From assembly GCA_004297215.1 (NCBI GenBank), contig SCUM01000001.1, forward strand, positions 353,181-417,180: DNA of 64,000 nt, written 5' to 3'. The position numbers were made by a program, and so were the translations under genes. Under the pieces are notes generated by a model that ran no database searches, was not told the DNA's origin, and saw only the letters and a program-made list of their open reading frames with translations. The DNA comes from Patescibacteria group bacterium (GTDB taxonomy: Bacteria > Patescibacteriota > Patescibacteriia > UBA9934 > GWF2-40-263). Each line of letters starts with the position of its first letter. The first letter of the stretch is position 1. Positions 43,408-52,468 of this stretch are shown piece after piece.

Positions 43408-44997
43408 TTACAACAGCGCCGTCCCCGTCATCTCCGGCGGCTGCGGGATTCCCAAGACGGACAGGACCGTGGGCGCCACGTCGGCGAGCATGCCGACCGG
43501 CTGCATGAGCGAGAGGTCGCCATCGGGTACTTCCCCGGCAGGCGACGGCACCCCCTTGAACCGGTTCCCGACGATGACGAACGGCACGGGGTTCGTGGCA
43601 TGTTCCTTGTCGATCTCGCCGGTGCGCACGTTGAGCACCTCCTCGCCGTTGCCATGGTCGGCCGTGAGGAACAGGACGCCGTCCTTCTCAAGCACGGCGT
43701 CCACCACCTTCCCGAGGAACCCGTCCACCGCCTCCATCGCCTTCATGGTCGCCGGAAGGTTACCGGTATGCCCCACCATGTCGGGGTTGGCGTAATTCAT
43801 GATGATGAGGTCGTCCTCCCCTTTGCCGATCGCCTCGATCACGCGGTCGGTGAGGTCCGCGCCGCTCATCGCGGGCGCCTCGTCATAGGAGGCCACGCGG
43901 GGGCTTGGCACCAGGATGCGCCGCTCGCCCTTGAACGGCTCCTCTCGCGTGCCATTCACGAAGAAGGTGACGTGCGCGTATTTCTCGGTCTCGGCGATGT
44001 GCAGCTGCGTGAGTCCGGCATCGGAGACGGTCTCGGCCAGCGTCTTGGAAACGGCGACCGGGGGATAGGCGACTTCCACCGGGAGTCCGGACTGGTATTC
44101 CACCATGGTGACGGGAAGCAGGTCCTTGATCGTGGCGCGCGGGAACCGCGTGAAGTCCGGGATGACGAACGCCTTCACGAGCTCGCGCATGCGGTCCGGG
44201 CGGAAGTTGAAGAAGATGACCGCGTCGCCGTCCTTGACCGTCGCGACCGGCTTGTCCGCGTCCGTCATCACGGTCGGGACGAATTGCTCGTCATACACCT
44301 CGCGCGCGTAGCTCTCCCTGATGGCCATGATCGGGTCGCTCGCGGTCTCGCCGACCCCCGCCGCCATCGCGTCATACGCCTTCTGGACCCGATCCCATCG
44401 GTTGTCCCGGTCCATGGAATAATAGCGGCCGCTCATGCTCGCGAGCTTCCCGACCTTCAGCTTCTTCATCGTCGCGAGGAGCTTCCCGACGAAGTCGATG
44501 CCGGCGTTGTAGAGCGTGTCGCGCCCGTCGAGGATAGCGTGCACGAACACCTTCTCGGCTTTCTGCTTCTTGCACAGCTCAAGCAGCGCGAAGCAATGCT
44601 CATCCATGGAATGCACGCGCCCGGCGCTCACGAGCCCGATGAGATGGATCGCGCTCCCGTTCTTCTTCGCATGCCCGATCGCCTTCCGGAACGCCTCGTT
44701 CTCGAAAAAATCGCCGCTGACGATGTCGCGGTTGATGCGCGGGAAGGTCTGGTAGTACACGCGCCCGGCGCCGATGGCGAGATGCCCCACCTCCGAGTTG
44801 CCCATTTCGCCCCACGAGAGCCCCACCTCCTCGCCGGAAGCGCGCAGCGTCATGGTGGGATAGTCGCGGATGAGCGACCGGAACACCGGCATCTTGGCAC
44901 GCGTGACCGCATTCCCCGGCCCATCCGGCGCCACGCCAAACCCATCAAGCACCATGAGCACCGCGGGTTTGGGGCGTTTATTCGAGGCATCTGCCAT
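43408..44997 (-). CDS. gpmI: 2,3-bisphosphoglycerate-independent phosphoglycerate mutase
   Basis: ...VLMVLDGFGVAPDGPGNAV...GNSEVGHLAIGAGRV...DGRD...ADHGN. The start was set to the ATG at 44995-44997. Confidence 0.9.
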   Translation of the reverse strand: MADASNKRPKPAVLMVLDGFGVAPDGPGNAVTRAKMPVFRSLIRDYPTMTLRASGEEVGLSWGEMGNSEVGHLAIGAGRVYYQTFPRINRDIVSGDFFENEAFRKAIGHAKKNGSAIHLIGLVSAGRVHSMDEHCFALLELCKKQKAEKVFVHAILDGRDTLYNAGIDFVGKLLATMKKLKVGKLASMSGRYYSMDRDNRWDRVQKAYDAMAAGVGETASDPIMAIRESYAREVYDEQFVPTVMTDADKPVATVKDGDAVIFFNFRPDRMRELVKAFVIPDFTRFPRATIKDLLPVTMVEYQSGLPVEVAYPPVAVSKTLAETVSDAGLTQLHIAETEKYAHVTFFVNGTREEPFKGERRILVPSPRVASYDEAPAMSGADLTDRVIEAIGKGEDDLIIMNYANPDMVGHTGNLPATMKAMEAVDGFLGKVVDAVLEKDGVLFLTADHGNGEEVLNVRTGEIDKEHATNPVPFVIVGNRFKGVPSPAGEVPDGDLSLMQPVGMLADVAPTVLSVLGIPQPPEMTGTALL

Positions 44998-45066
44998 AGG
45001 TGGGGACATTGTAGCAGAAACCAAACCCCGTCCTCTTAGAGAGGCGGGGTGGTTGGTCCCGAGCCA

Positions 45067-45143
45067 TGGTGGAGCCGACGGGATTCGAACCCGTAATGCC
45101 AGGTGTCAACCCTAGTGAGGTTGCCAATTACCTCCACGGCCCC
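45067..45143 (-). tRNA. tRNA with an encoded CCA; isotype unresolved
   Basis: The minus strand reads GGGGCCG TG GAGG TAATTGGCAA CCTC A CTAGG GTTGACA CCTGG CATT ACGGG TTCGAAT CCCGT CGGCTCC A CCA, a perfect cloverleaf. By canonical numbering the anticodon is UGA, but the 4-nt variable loop and C37 do not fit tRNA-Ser. tRNAscan-SE is needed to decide. Confidence 0.75.
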
Positions 45144-45176
45144 GGCAACGTTTCCGTTGCGGCCCGGGATGTGAAC

Positions 45177-45212
45177 AAAAAAGACCCCCTCAAATTGAGA
45201 GGGTCGTTTTTG
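45177..45212. terminator. Bidirectional rho-independent terminator downstream of eno
   Basis: aaaaaagaccccctc aaatt gagagggtcgttttt. Confidence 0.65.
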
Positions 45213-45349
45213 TGACACCTGGATGGAGGAAATGCCTCACTAGGATATTAGGAGCGTATCAGTTTCCCGCGAAAATGTCAATCTTCACCTGTGGATTGTT
45301 TAATCGCCGAACTCTTCTGAACAGCCATTGCCTGGCGGTCAGATTCATA

Positions 45350-46609
45350 TCAGGCCGTTTCCTCCTCAATCTCCATCAGCCGGTTGTATTTGGCGAGGCG
45401 TTCGGAACGCGATAACGAACCGGTCTTGATGTACTCGGCGTTCACGGCGACGGCAAGGTCCGCGATCGTCGTGTCTTCCGTTTCCCCTGAACGATGCGAC
45501 ACGGAAACCTTGTAGCCGCTCTTTTGCGCGAGGAGGATCGCATCGACGGCTTCGGACAATGATCCGATCTGGTTCACCTTGATGAGGATGGCGTTGGCGC
45601 ACCCATGCGCCACGCCCTGTTCCAGCCGCGCGACGTTGGTGACGAAGAAGTCGTCGCCTACGAGCGCGAGCTTCGCGCCCAGCGTCTCGGTGAGCTTTTC
45701 CCAGCCGTCCCAGTCGTCTTCCGCGAGGCCGTCCTCAAGCGAGACGATCGGATATCTCTTGGCGAGCGCCTTCCAATACGCGATCATCTGGTCGCTCGTG
45801 AACGTCTTCCCGTCGGCTTTCAACACGTAGCGCTTGCGCTTCGCGTCATAGAACTCGCTCGCGGCAGGGTCCATGGCGAGCATCACGTCCTTTCCCGCCT
45901 TGTACCCGGCGGCCGCGATCGCTTTCATGATGGCTTTGAGCGCATCCTCGTTTTTCTTGAACGGCACCGCATAGCCGCCCTCGTCGCCCTTCAGCGTGGA
46001 GTATCCCTGCTTCTTGAGAAGGTCGCCCAGCGCATGGAAGATCTCCGCGCCGCAACGGACGCGTTCGGCAAACTTCTTCTGCATCGGCGCCACCATGAAC
46101 TCCTGGAAATCGATCGCCCAGCCGGCGTGCACGCCGCCGTTCAGGATGTTCATCGTTGGGGTGGGGAGTCGGTAGGGGGTAGGGGGTAGGTGGTAGGCGC
46201 GGCGGAGGTAGGCGTAGAGCGGCATCTTCTTCGCGTTCGCGGCGGCGTGCGCCACGGCGAGCGACACGCCGAGGATGGCGTTGGCCCCGAGCTTTCCCTT
46301 GTTGAGCGTCCCGTCGAGCGCGCACATCCGCGCGTCCACGTCGCGCTGCTTCGTGGCGTCCATGCCGATCACGGCCTTGGCAATCGGGCCGTTCACGTTC
46401 TTCACGGCCTTGAGGACGCCTTTGCCGAAGTAGCGCAACGGATCGCCGTCGCGAAGCTCGAGCGCCTCGTGGCTCCCGGTGGATGCGCCGCTCGGGACGG
46501 AAGCCGTTCCAACCGCGCCGCCCTCAAGCATCACCGTCGCCTGGACCGTCGGGTTGCCTCGGCTGTCGAGGATCTCATGCGCGTGGACGGAGGAGATTTT
46601 GGTGGACAT
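45350..46609 (-). CDS. eno: Enolase
   Basis: [31 protein letters not shown]...[17 protein letters not shown] has the full enolase signature. Confidence 0.95.
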   Translation of the reverse strand: MSTKISSVHAHEILDSRGNPTVQATVMLEGGAVGTASVPSGASTGSHEALELRDGDPLRYFGKGVLKAVKNVNGPIAKAVIGMDATKQRDVDARMCALDGTLNKGKLGANAILGVSLAVAHAAANAKKMPLYAYLRRAYHLPPTPYRLPTPTMNILNGGVHAGWAIDFQEFMVAPMQKKFAERVRCGAEIFHALGDLLKKQGYSTLKGDEGGYAVPFKKNEDALKAIMKAIAAAGYKAGKDVMLAMDPAASEFYDAKRKRYVLKADGKTFTSDQMIAYWKALAKRYPIVSLEDGLAEDDWDGWEKLTETLGAKLALVGDDFFVTNVARLEQGVAHGCANAILIKVNQIGSLSEAVDAILLAQKSGYKVSVSHRSGETEDTTIADLAVAVNAEYIKTGSLSRSERLAKYNRLMEIEEETA

Positions 46610-46612
46610 ATG

Positions 46613-46706
46613 AAAGGGTTGTAAGGGTTTAAAGGGTTGTAAAGGTGTTGGAATTCTTTTTTGTAAAAAGGCTCCTTCACCTTTATCACTTTTACAACCT
46701 TTTCCA
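46613..46706. repeat. Word-palindrome hairpin of the ggttgtaaagg family (R12) in the pgk-eno spacer
   Basis: gggttgtaagggtttaaagggttgtaaaggtg...cacctttatcacttttacaacctttt. Confidence 0.75.
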
Positions 46707-46708
46707 CC

Positions 46709-47887
46709 TCATGTTTCTAACGCCTCGATCCCCGGCATCTTCTTATCCGCGAGGAAATCGAGCATGGCGCCGCCGCCGGTGGAGATGAGGGTGAACCGAT
46801 CGGCGAGGCCGGCCTCCTCGAGGAGCGGGACCGTGTCGCCGCCGCCCACGATCGTCACGGCCTTGTCGCCCCGTGCCGCGATCTCGCGGGCGAGCTCAAG
46901 CGTGGCGGCCCGGAACGGTTCCTTCTCCACCCACCCGAACGGTCCGTTCCACACGATCGTCCTCGCCTCCTGGATCTCGCGCGCCATGAGCCGCATGCTC
47001 TGCGGCCCGATGTCCACGATGCGGTCACGCGCGCCGACCTCGGCGACGCCCACCGTCCGCGGCTTCCCCCGCGTCCCTGCCATGACGATCACGTCGAGGG
47101 GAAGGAGGAATTTCCCGCGGGATTTCTTGAGAAGGGCGCCGGCGACCTTCACCCCTTCCTCATCATACACCGAGCCGCCGACGTTCAGCCCTTCGGCCTT
47201 GAGGAACGCGGTCGCGAGCGCGCCGCCAACGAGGACGCGGTCCGCGTGCGGGAGCAGGTTCTCCATCACGGGGATCTTGTCCGCGGCCTTGAGCCCGCCC
47301 ATCACGAGCGTGAACGGCCGGCGCGGATGCTTCATCGCCCGCCCGAGCACGGACACTTCCTGCGCGAGAAGCGGCCCGGCATAACTCGGGAGCTCGGCCG
47401 TGATCGCCTCCACGGACGCATGCGCGCGGTGACTCACGGCAAAGGCGTCGTTCACGTACAGGTCGGCGAGGAGCGCGAGCTGCTGCGAGAACGCCGGGCT
47501 GTTGCGCTCCTCGCGCGGGTCGAAGCGGACGTTCTCAAGCAGCACCACCTCGCCGTCCTGCATCTTCCCGACCAGCCGCTCCGCCGACGCGCCGACCACG
47601 TCGCGGGAGACCTTCACGGGCACGCCGAGCAGTTCCGACAGGCGCCGGCCCACCGGTGCCACGGAATACGCGCTCATGCGCCTGCCTTCCGGCCGGCCGA
47701 GATGGGTGGCGACGACGATGCGCGCGCCGCGCTGGCGCAGCCAATCAAGCCCCACGGCTGCGCGGGCGATCTTGCCGTGCGGGCCGTCCACGGCATGCCC
47801 CTTCACGACCGGCACGTTCCCGTCGATGCGCACCAGCACGCGCTTGCCGCGCAAATCCGCCCCGTTCTTGAGCGTCCGAAGGGCCAT
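46709..47887 (-). CDS. pgk: Phosphoglycerate kinase
   Basis: MALRTLKNGADLRGKRVLVRIDGNVPV...HLGRPEG.... The start was trimmed to the ATG at 47885-47887; the ORF-track N-terminal extension is Arg/Ser-rich junk. Confidence 0.95.
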   Translation of the reverse strand: MALRTLKNGADLRGKRVLVRIDGNVPVVKGHAVDGPHGKIARAAVGLDWLRQRGARIVVATHLGRPEGRRMSAYSVAPVGRRLSELLGVPVKVSRDVVGASAERLVGKMQDGEVVLLENVRFDPREERNSPAFSQQLALLADLYVNDAFAVSHRAHASVEAITAELPSYAGPLLAQEVSVLGRAMKHPRRPFTLVMGGLKAADKIPVMENLLPHADRVLVGGALATAFLKAEGLNVGGSVYDEEGVKVAGALLKKSRGKFLLPLDVIVMAGTRGKPRTVGVAEVGARDRIVDIGPQSMRLMAREIQEARTIVWNGPFGWVEKEPFRAATLELAREIAARGDKAVTIVGGGDTVPLLEEAGLADRFTLISTGGGAMLDFLADKKMPGIEALET

Positions 47888-47891
47888 AGGG

Positions 47892-49169
47892 TCAATCGTT
47901 CTTCGAGTAGGCCCTGGTCCCGCGCACCCACACGTGGATGGCCCGGCGCAACGGGAGGATGGAGGAGAAATACAGGAAGTCCGCGACCTTGCGCGCGAGG
48001 TAGCCGAGGCCGTCCGAGAGCACCACGCGGCCGAGGTCGGCGATCGCGTAGCGGCCGCCAAGGGGGGTGACGGTCATCCAATGTTCGGGCGGGATCCAGG
48101 TGAGCGGCAGGCGGCGCTCCAGCCCCCGCGTGACGTTCTCCGCGACGATCGCCGCCTCGCGCGTGGCCGCCTGCGCGAGCGCGGGCACGCGTCCGCCGGT
48201 CTTCGGATGCAGGAACGACGTCGCGTCGCCAAGCGCCCAGACATGCTCCTTGCCTTTCACGGCGAAGGTCGGCGTGACGGCGATCCATCCCTTCGCGTCC
48301 GTGGGCAGGCGCAGCGCCTTCACGGACTCGGGCGGACGGATCCCGCCGGCCCACACCACCACGTCGGCCTCGCGCACGCATTCCTCCCCGTCCCCCTCGA
48401 TCGCGAGACAGGCCCGGCCCGACTCGACGGAAACCACCTTCGTGCCGGTCATGATTTCGACGCCCAGGCGGTCGAGGCGCGCGCCCGCGCGGGCGCGGAC
48501 CTTCTCCGGATGGTTCGGAAGCACGGAAGGCCCGGCTTCCACGATGCGCACGTGCCAGGCGTCGCGCGGGAGCTTCCCGGCATAGGTGAGGCGGTGCAGG
48601 AAATTGGCGAGCTCCGCGGCGAACTCCACGCCGGTCGGGCCGCCGCCGGCCACCAGCACGCACACGCGCTTCTCCTTGCCCTTGCGCTGCGCCTCGAGGA
48701 ACGTGGCGATGCGTTCGCGGATGCGGATCGCGTCAGGCAGCCACTTGAGGAAATAGGCGTGTTCCGCCACGCCGGGCGTGCTAAACGTGTTCGGTACGGC
48801 GCCCAGCGCGATCACGAAGTCGTCGTAGCCAAGCCGGCGGCCGTCACGCAGCAGGATCTCGCGCGCTTCCTCGTCGATGCCCGAAAGGTCGCCGCGGACG
48901 AACCGCAGCGCGCTTTTCTTGACGCGCCTCTCGAAATCGGAAAACGGCACGGCGACCCCCGCGCGCAGCTCGCGCGCCGACGCGCCGCCGTCGCCAAGCC
49001 CGCCGGTGCACACCTCGTACAGGAGCGGGTTGTACACGTGGCTCGTCTCGCGGTCCACGAGCACCACCTCGAACGCCTTCAACCTGGCCCGGCGCTTCAC
49101 GAGCTCGAGCGCGGTGCGGACGCCCGCGAATCCCCCGCCGACGATGACGATGCGATGCGCGCCCTTCAC
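47892..49169 (-). CDS. NDH-2-like FAD/NAD(P)-binding flavoprotein oxidoreductase (type II NADH dehydrogenase family)
   Basis: RIVIVGGGFAGVRTALEL is the FAD GxGxxG motif, and VCVLVAGGGPTGVEFAAELA is the second dinucleotide motif. The start is proposed at the GTG at 49167-49169, which forms a GTGA overlap with the gap stop. Confidence 0.7.
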   Translation of the reverse strand: MKGAHRIVIVGGGFAGVRTALELVKRRARLKAFEVVLVDRETSHVYNPLLYEVCTGGLGDGGASARELRAGVAVPFSDFERRVKKSALRFVRGDLSGIDEEAREILLRDGRRLGYDDFVIALGAVPNTFSTPGVAEHAYFLKWLPDAIRIRERIATFLEAQRKGKEKRVCVLVAGGGPTGVEFAAELANFLHRLTYAGKLPRDAWHVRIVEAGPSVLPNHPEKVRARAGARLDRLGVEIMTGTKVVSVESGRACLAIEGDGEECVREADVVVWAGGIRPPESVKALRLPTDAKGWIAVTPTFAVKGKEHVWALGDATSFLHPKTGGRVPALAQAATREAAIVAENVTRGLERRLPLTWIPPEHWMTVTPLGGRYAIADLGRVVLSDGLGYLARKVADFLYFSSILPLRRAIHVWVRGTRAYSKND

Positions 49170-50173
49170 AGCTTGCCCACGTATTCCACCATGTCGATGA
49201 GCCGCATCGAGTACCCCCACTCGTTGTCGTACCAGGCGAGCACCTTCACGAGGTCTCCGCCGACCACGCGCGTCATCTCGAGGTCCACCACGCTTCCGTA
49301 CGTGCTGCCGATGAAATCGGACGAGACGAGGGGCACGTCGCTCACCCCGAGGATCCCTTTCCAGCGCGGCGACTTCGACGCGTGTACGAACGCCTCGTTC
49401 ACCTGCTCGGGGGTGACGCGCTTCTTCAAAACGAAGGTGAAGTCCGAGAGCGACACGTCAAGGGTGGGCACGCGCACCGCGATGCCGTCGAACAGCCCGT
49501 CGATCGCGGGAATGGCCTTGGAAAGCGCCTTGGCCGCCCCCGTGGAGGTGGGCACCATGTTCACGAGCGCGCTTCTCGCGCGGCGCAAATCCGGGTGCCG
49601 CGCGGGGGGGAGGCTGTCTACCAAGTTCTGCTCGGCCGTCACCGAATGGATGGTGGTCATCATCGCCTTCTTGATACCGAACGTCTCCTCCATGATCGCC
49701 ACCACCGGGCCGATGGAGTTGGTGGTGCACGAAGCGTTATTCACCACCGTGTCGGTCTTTTTCGCGCCCTTGTGGTTCACGCCCATCAGGAACGTGGGCG
49801 TCTCCTTCGCCGGGGCGGAAATGACCACCTTTTTCGCGCCGGCCGTGAGGTGCGCCTGCGCGCTCTGGCGATCCGTAAACCGGCCCGTGCACTCCATCAC
49901 TACCTGAACCTTGTGCGCCTTCCACGGGAGCTTCGTGGGCTCCTTCTCGGCCACGACCGGAATGGCGTGACCGTCGACGATGATGTGCTTCTCGTCGGAA
50001 TCCACCTCGTGCGGCCAGGTGCGGAAGGTGGAATCGTACTTAAGGAGGTGCGCCAGGATCTTGGGCTCCGTGAGGTCGTTGATGGCCACGAACCGCAGGT
50101 CCTTGCGGCCCCAGCCTGCCTTGAACGCCGTGCGCCCGATGCGCCCGAACCCGTTGATGGCGACGCGAAGCAT
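49166..50173 (-). CDS. gap: Glyceraldehyde-3-phosphate dehydrogenase
   Basis: MLRVAINGFGRIGR...SCTTNSIGPV.... The start was trimmed to the ATG at 50171-50173. Confidence 0.95.
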   Translation of the reverse strand: MLRVAINGFGRIGRTAFKAGWGRKDLRFVAINDLTEPKILAHLLKYDSTFRTWPHEVDSDEKHIIVDGHAIPVVAEKEPTKLPWKAHKVQVVMECTGRFTDRQSAQAHLTAGAKKVVISAPAKETPTFLMGVNHKGAKKTDTVVNNASCTTNSIGPVVAIMEETFGIKKAMMTTIHSVTAEQNLVDSLPPARHPDLRRARSALVNMVPTSTGAAKALSKAIPAIDGLFDGIAVRVPTLDVSLSDFTFVLKKRVTPEQVNEAFVHASKSPRWKGILGVSDVPLVSSDFIGSTYGSVVDLEMTRVVGGDLVKVLAWYDNEWGYSMRLIDMVEYVGKL

Positions 50174-50251
50174 AATGGGAGTTGGTATTTGGGAGTTGGG
50201 AGTGGGTAGGAACGGAACGGGGGGAATTGTACCATCCGGCGACAGCAAACG

Positions 50252-50278
50252 AAAATCGGCCCCGGAGGGCCGATTTTC
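50252..50278 (-). terminator. Rho-independent terminator downstream of tsf
   Basis: The minus strand reads gaaaatcggccctccggggccgattttcgtttg. Confidence 0.6.
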
Positions 50279-50869
50279 TTATCCGATCTGGAACCGAGCG
50301 AAGCGGCGGATCTGCATGTTCTCGCCCAAGAGGGCGATCTTCTCTTTCAGCAGGTCCTCGACGGTCTTGTCCTCGTCCTTCACGAAGGGCTGCTCGAGCA
50401 GCACGGTCTCCTGGTACCACTTGGAGAGGCGGCCTTCGACCATCTTCTCGAGGATCTCGGGACTCTTCGCGTTCGGGGCGGATTCCTCGCGGATCATCGC
50501 CTTCTGTTTCTCGACGAGCTCCACCGGCACGGCGTCACGTGAGACGTACAGCGGATCCGACGCGCTCACGTGGAGCGCGAGGTCGTTGCACAGTTCCAGG
50601 AACGCCTCGTTGCGCGCCACGAAATCGGTCTCGCACAGCACTTCCACGAGCACGCCGAGCTTGCCCGTGCCGTGCACATAGGCGTGCACGCGGCCTTCGT
50701 TCGTGAGGCGGTCGGCCTTCTTCACGGCCTTGGCGATCCCCTTCTTGCGCAGGTTCTCCGCGGCCGCGTCCAGGTCGCCGTTCGTCTCTTCCAACGCCTT
50801 CTTCGCGTCCATCATCCCGGCGTTGGTCATCTCGCGCAGCTGCGCGACCGTCTTCGCGTCGATTGCCAT
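50279..50869 (-). CDS. tsf: Elongation factor Ts (short form, 196 aa)
   Basis: MAIDAKTVAQLREMTNAGMMDAKKALEETNGDLDAAAENLRKKGIAKAVKK. Confidence 0.9.
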   Translation of the reverse strand: MAIDAKTVAQLREMTNAGMMDAKKALEETNGDLDAAAENLRKKGIAKAVKKADRLTNEGRVHAYVHGTGKLGVLVEVLCETDFVARNEAFLELCNDLALHVSASDPLYVSRDAVPVELVEKQKAMIREESAPNAKSPEILEKMVEGRLSKWYQETVLLEQPFVKDEDKTVEDLLKEKIALLGENMQIRRFARFQIG

Positions 50870-50871
50870 AG

Positions 50872-50955
50872 TGATAGTGCGTAGTGCGTAGTTGGTAGTA
50901 CGTAGGGCGAGACCTGTTGCCTACGCACTACCCCCTACCGACTACGCACTTCCTC
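50872..50955. repeat. Word-palindrome hairpin of the gcgtag/gtagg family (R13) in the rpsB-tsf spacer
   Basis: gtgatagtgcgtagtgcgtagttggtagtacgtagggc gagacctgtt gcctacgcactaccccctaccgactacgcac. Confidence 0.75.
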
Positions 50956-50962
50956 CTTAAAA

Positions 50963-51688
50963 TTAATCTTTCTTCTCCACGACCGGAACCGCCGCCTTGA
51001 GCGCCTCGGCGCGCCCTTCCTTCACGGCATCGGCGACGAGACGGGACACGAGCGCGATCGTCTTCCCCGCATCGTCGTTGCCCGGGATCACCTGGGCCAC
51101 GTTCGTGGGGTTCACGTTCGTGTCGCACAACGCCACTACCTTCGTCCCGACCACGGCCGCTTCGGTGAGCGCGGTCTTCTCGGTCTTCACGTCGATGATG
51201 AAGATGGCGTCCGGCAGCTTCTCCACGTCCTGGATGCCGCCCATCTTGAACTCCATCTCCGAAATCTCGCGGTCGATCATGAGCTGCTCCTTCTTGGTGT
51301 ACTTCTTGAGCTCGCCCTTCTCGCGCTGGTCCTTGAGCGTCTTCAGGCGCTTGAGCGTCTTCTTGATCTGCGGGAAGTTGGTGAGCGTGCCGCCCAGCCA
51401 GCGCTCGGTGACGTGCGGCATGCCGCAACGGATCGCCTCCGCCTTCACGGCCTCCTTGGCCTGTGGCTTGGTGCCAACGAACAGCACCGTACCGCCACGG
51501 CTGGCAATCCCCTTCACGAAATCCAACGCCTGCTCGAGCTGACGCTGCGACGCCTCGAGGTCGATGATGTGCACGCCGGCCTTCGCGCCGAAGATGTACG
51601 GCTCCATCTTGGGGTGCCAGCGGCTGGTGCGGTGGCCGAAGTGCATGCCGGCTTGCAGCATGTCGGCCAAAGCGGGGATCTTTGGCAT
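50963..51688 (-). CDS. rpsB: 30S ribosomal protein S2
   Basis: MPKIPALADMLQAGMHFGHRTSRWHPKMEPYIFG. Confidence 0.95.
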   Translation of the reverse strand: MPKIPALADMLQAGMHFGHRTSRWHPKMEPYIFGAKAGVHIIDLEASQRQLEQALDFVKGIASRGGTVLFVGTKPQAKEAVKAEAIRCGMPHVTERWLGGTLTNFPQIKKTLKRLKTLKDQREKGELKKYTKKEQLMIDREISEMEFKMGGIQDVEKLPDAIFIIDVKTEKTALTEAAVVGTKVVALCDTNVNPTNVAQVIPGNDDAGKTIALVSRLVADAVKEGRAEALKAAVPVVEKKD

Positions 51689-51868
51689 ATCTCTATCCTT
51701 TTATACGACGACGGGGCGCGCCGGGCCCCTCCTTCGCTCCGTTTGGAGCTTCGGCGGGGAGGATCCGGTCGGCCTTGGCCCGTCTGTTTGATTTAGTGCG
51801 GGAAGGATACGTAAAACGGTAAAAACCGTCAATCCTTAGGCCTAAAGCCTGATAAGGCAGGGAATTTT

Positions 51869-52114
51869 TTAGAGATACTGCTTGATCTGATTCCAGGTGA
51901 TGCCTGATGTCGTCTCGAGTTCCTTCAATATATAGTACAAGACATCCTTCCGAAGATCCGCGATAACAGTCACGGACTTCTGCGTGGCCGGCCAGGTCAC
52001 TTTCACGTGATCGCCCTTGCCGCCGACGGCATTGGCCTCGAAACCGAGACGTCGGAGCGCGTTCAGGAATTTCTTTCGTGAGAGATCTCCTGGCAGCTCG
52101 CTACGCGAAGGCAT
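51869..52114 (-). CDS. hicA: HicA-family toxin (YcfA-like mRNA interferase)
   Basis: MPSRSELPGDLSRKKFLNALRRLGFEANAVGGKGDHVKVTWPATQKSVTVIADLRKDVLYYILKEL fits the dsRBD-like HicA pattern (...GSHxxxxxP.). Confidence 0.6.
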   Translation of the reverse strand: MPSRSELPGDLSRKKFLNALRRLGFEANAVGGKGDHVKVTWPATQKSVTVIADLRKDVLYYILKELETTSGITWNQIKQYL

Positions 52115-52433
52115 ATTCCTTCTCGCCCACACGGTGGACGCCTGCCTCCTTCGCGTACGAAGACGGCACCTCGAAGGCGGTGAGGATGGCATCCTTCACC
52201 TTCTCATCAAGCTCGTCTGCCCGATCGGCATGCGTGATGATGCTCCCGTACCGAAAATCTTCGCTGATGGCGACGACCGAACCGTCTTCCTGCTTCTCGT
52301 GTCGGAAATTGATGCGCCCGTAAAGACGGAAGTAATGGTTCAATTCAACCAATCCGCGCGGAGCGACCCCGCTTCCGAGGACGAATTTCACGAGGTGGTC
52401 TTTTGCCTGCTTATAGATGCCCATATTGCTCAA
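52101..52433 (-). CDS. hicB: HicB-family antitoxin-like protein (UPF0150/RNase-H-like fold)
   Basis: 110 aa, acidic (...HEKQEDGSVVAISEDFRYGSIITHADRADELDEKVKDAILTAFE...), overlapping the downstream hicA-like ORF by 14 nt. Confidence 0.5.
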   Translation of the reverse strand: MSNMGIYKQAKDHLVKFVLGSGVAPRGLVELNHYFRLYGRINFRHEKQEDGSVVAISEDFRYGSIITHADRADELDEKVKDAILTAFEVPSSYAKEAGVHRVGEKEYAFA

Positions 52434-52468
52434 AACGTATCAGAAATCTTCGGAATATTCAATCGTTC

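Noticed and set aside
45225-45349. Second tRNA gene on the + strand downstream of the tRNA
   Set aside because: Only two short segments match the neighbouring tRNA (gacacctgg and cctcactagg). No T-arm (GGTTCGAATCC) or acceptor stem is present.
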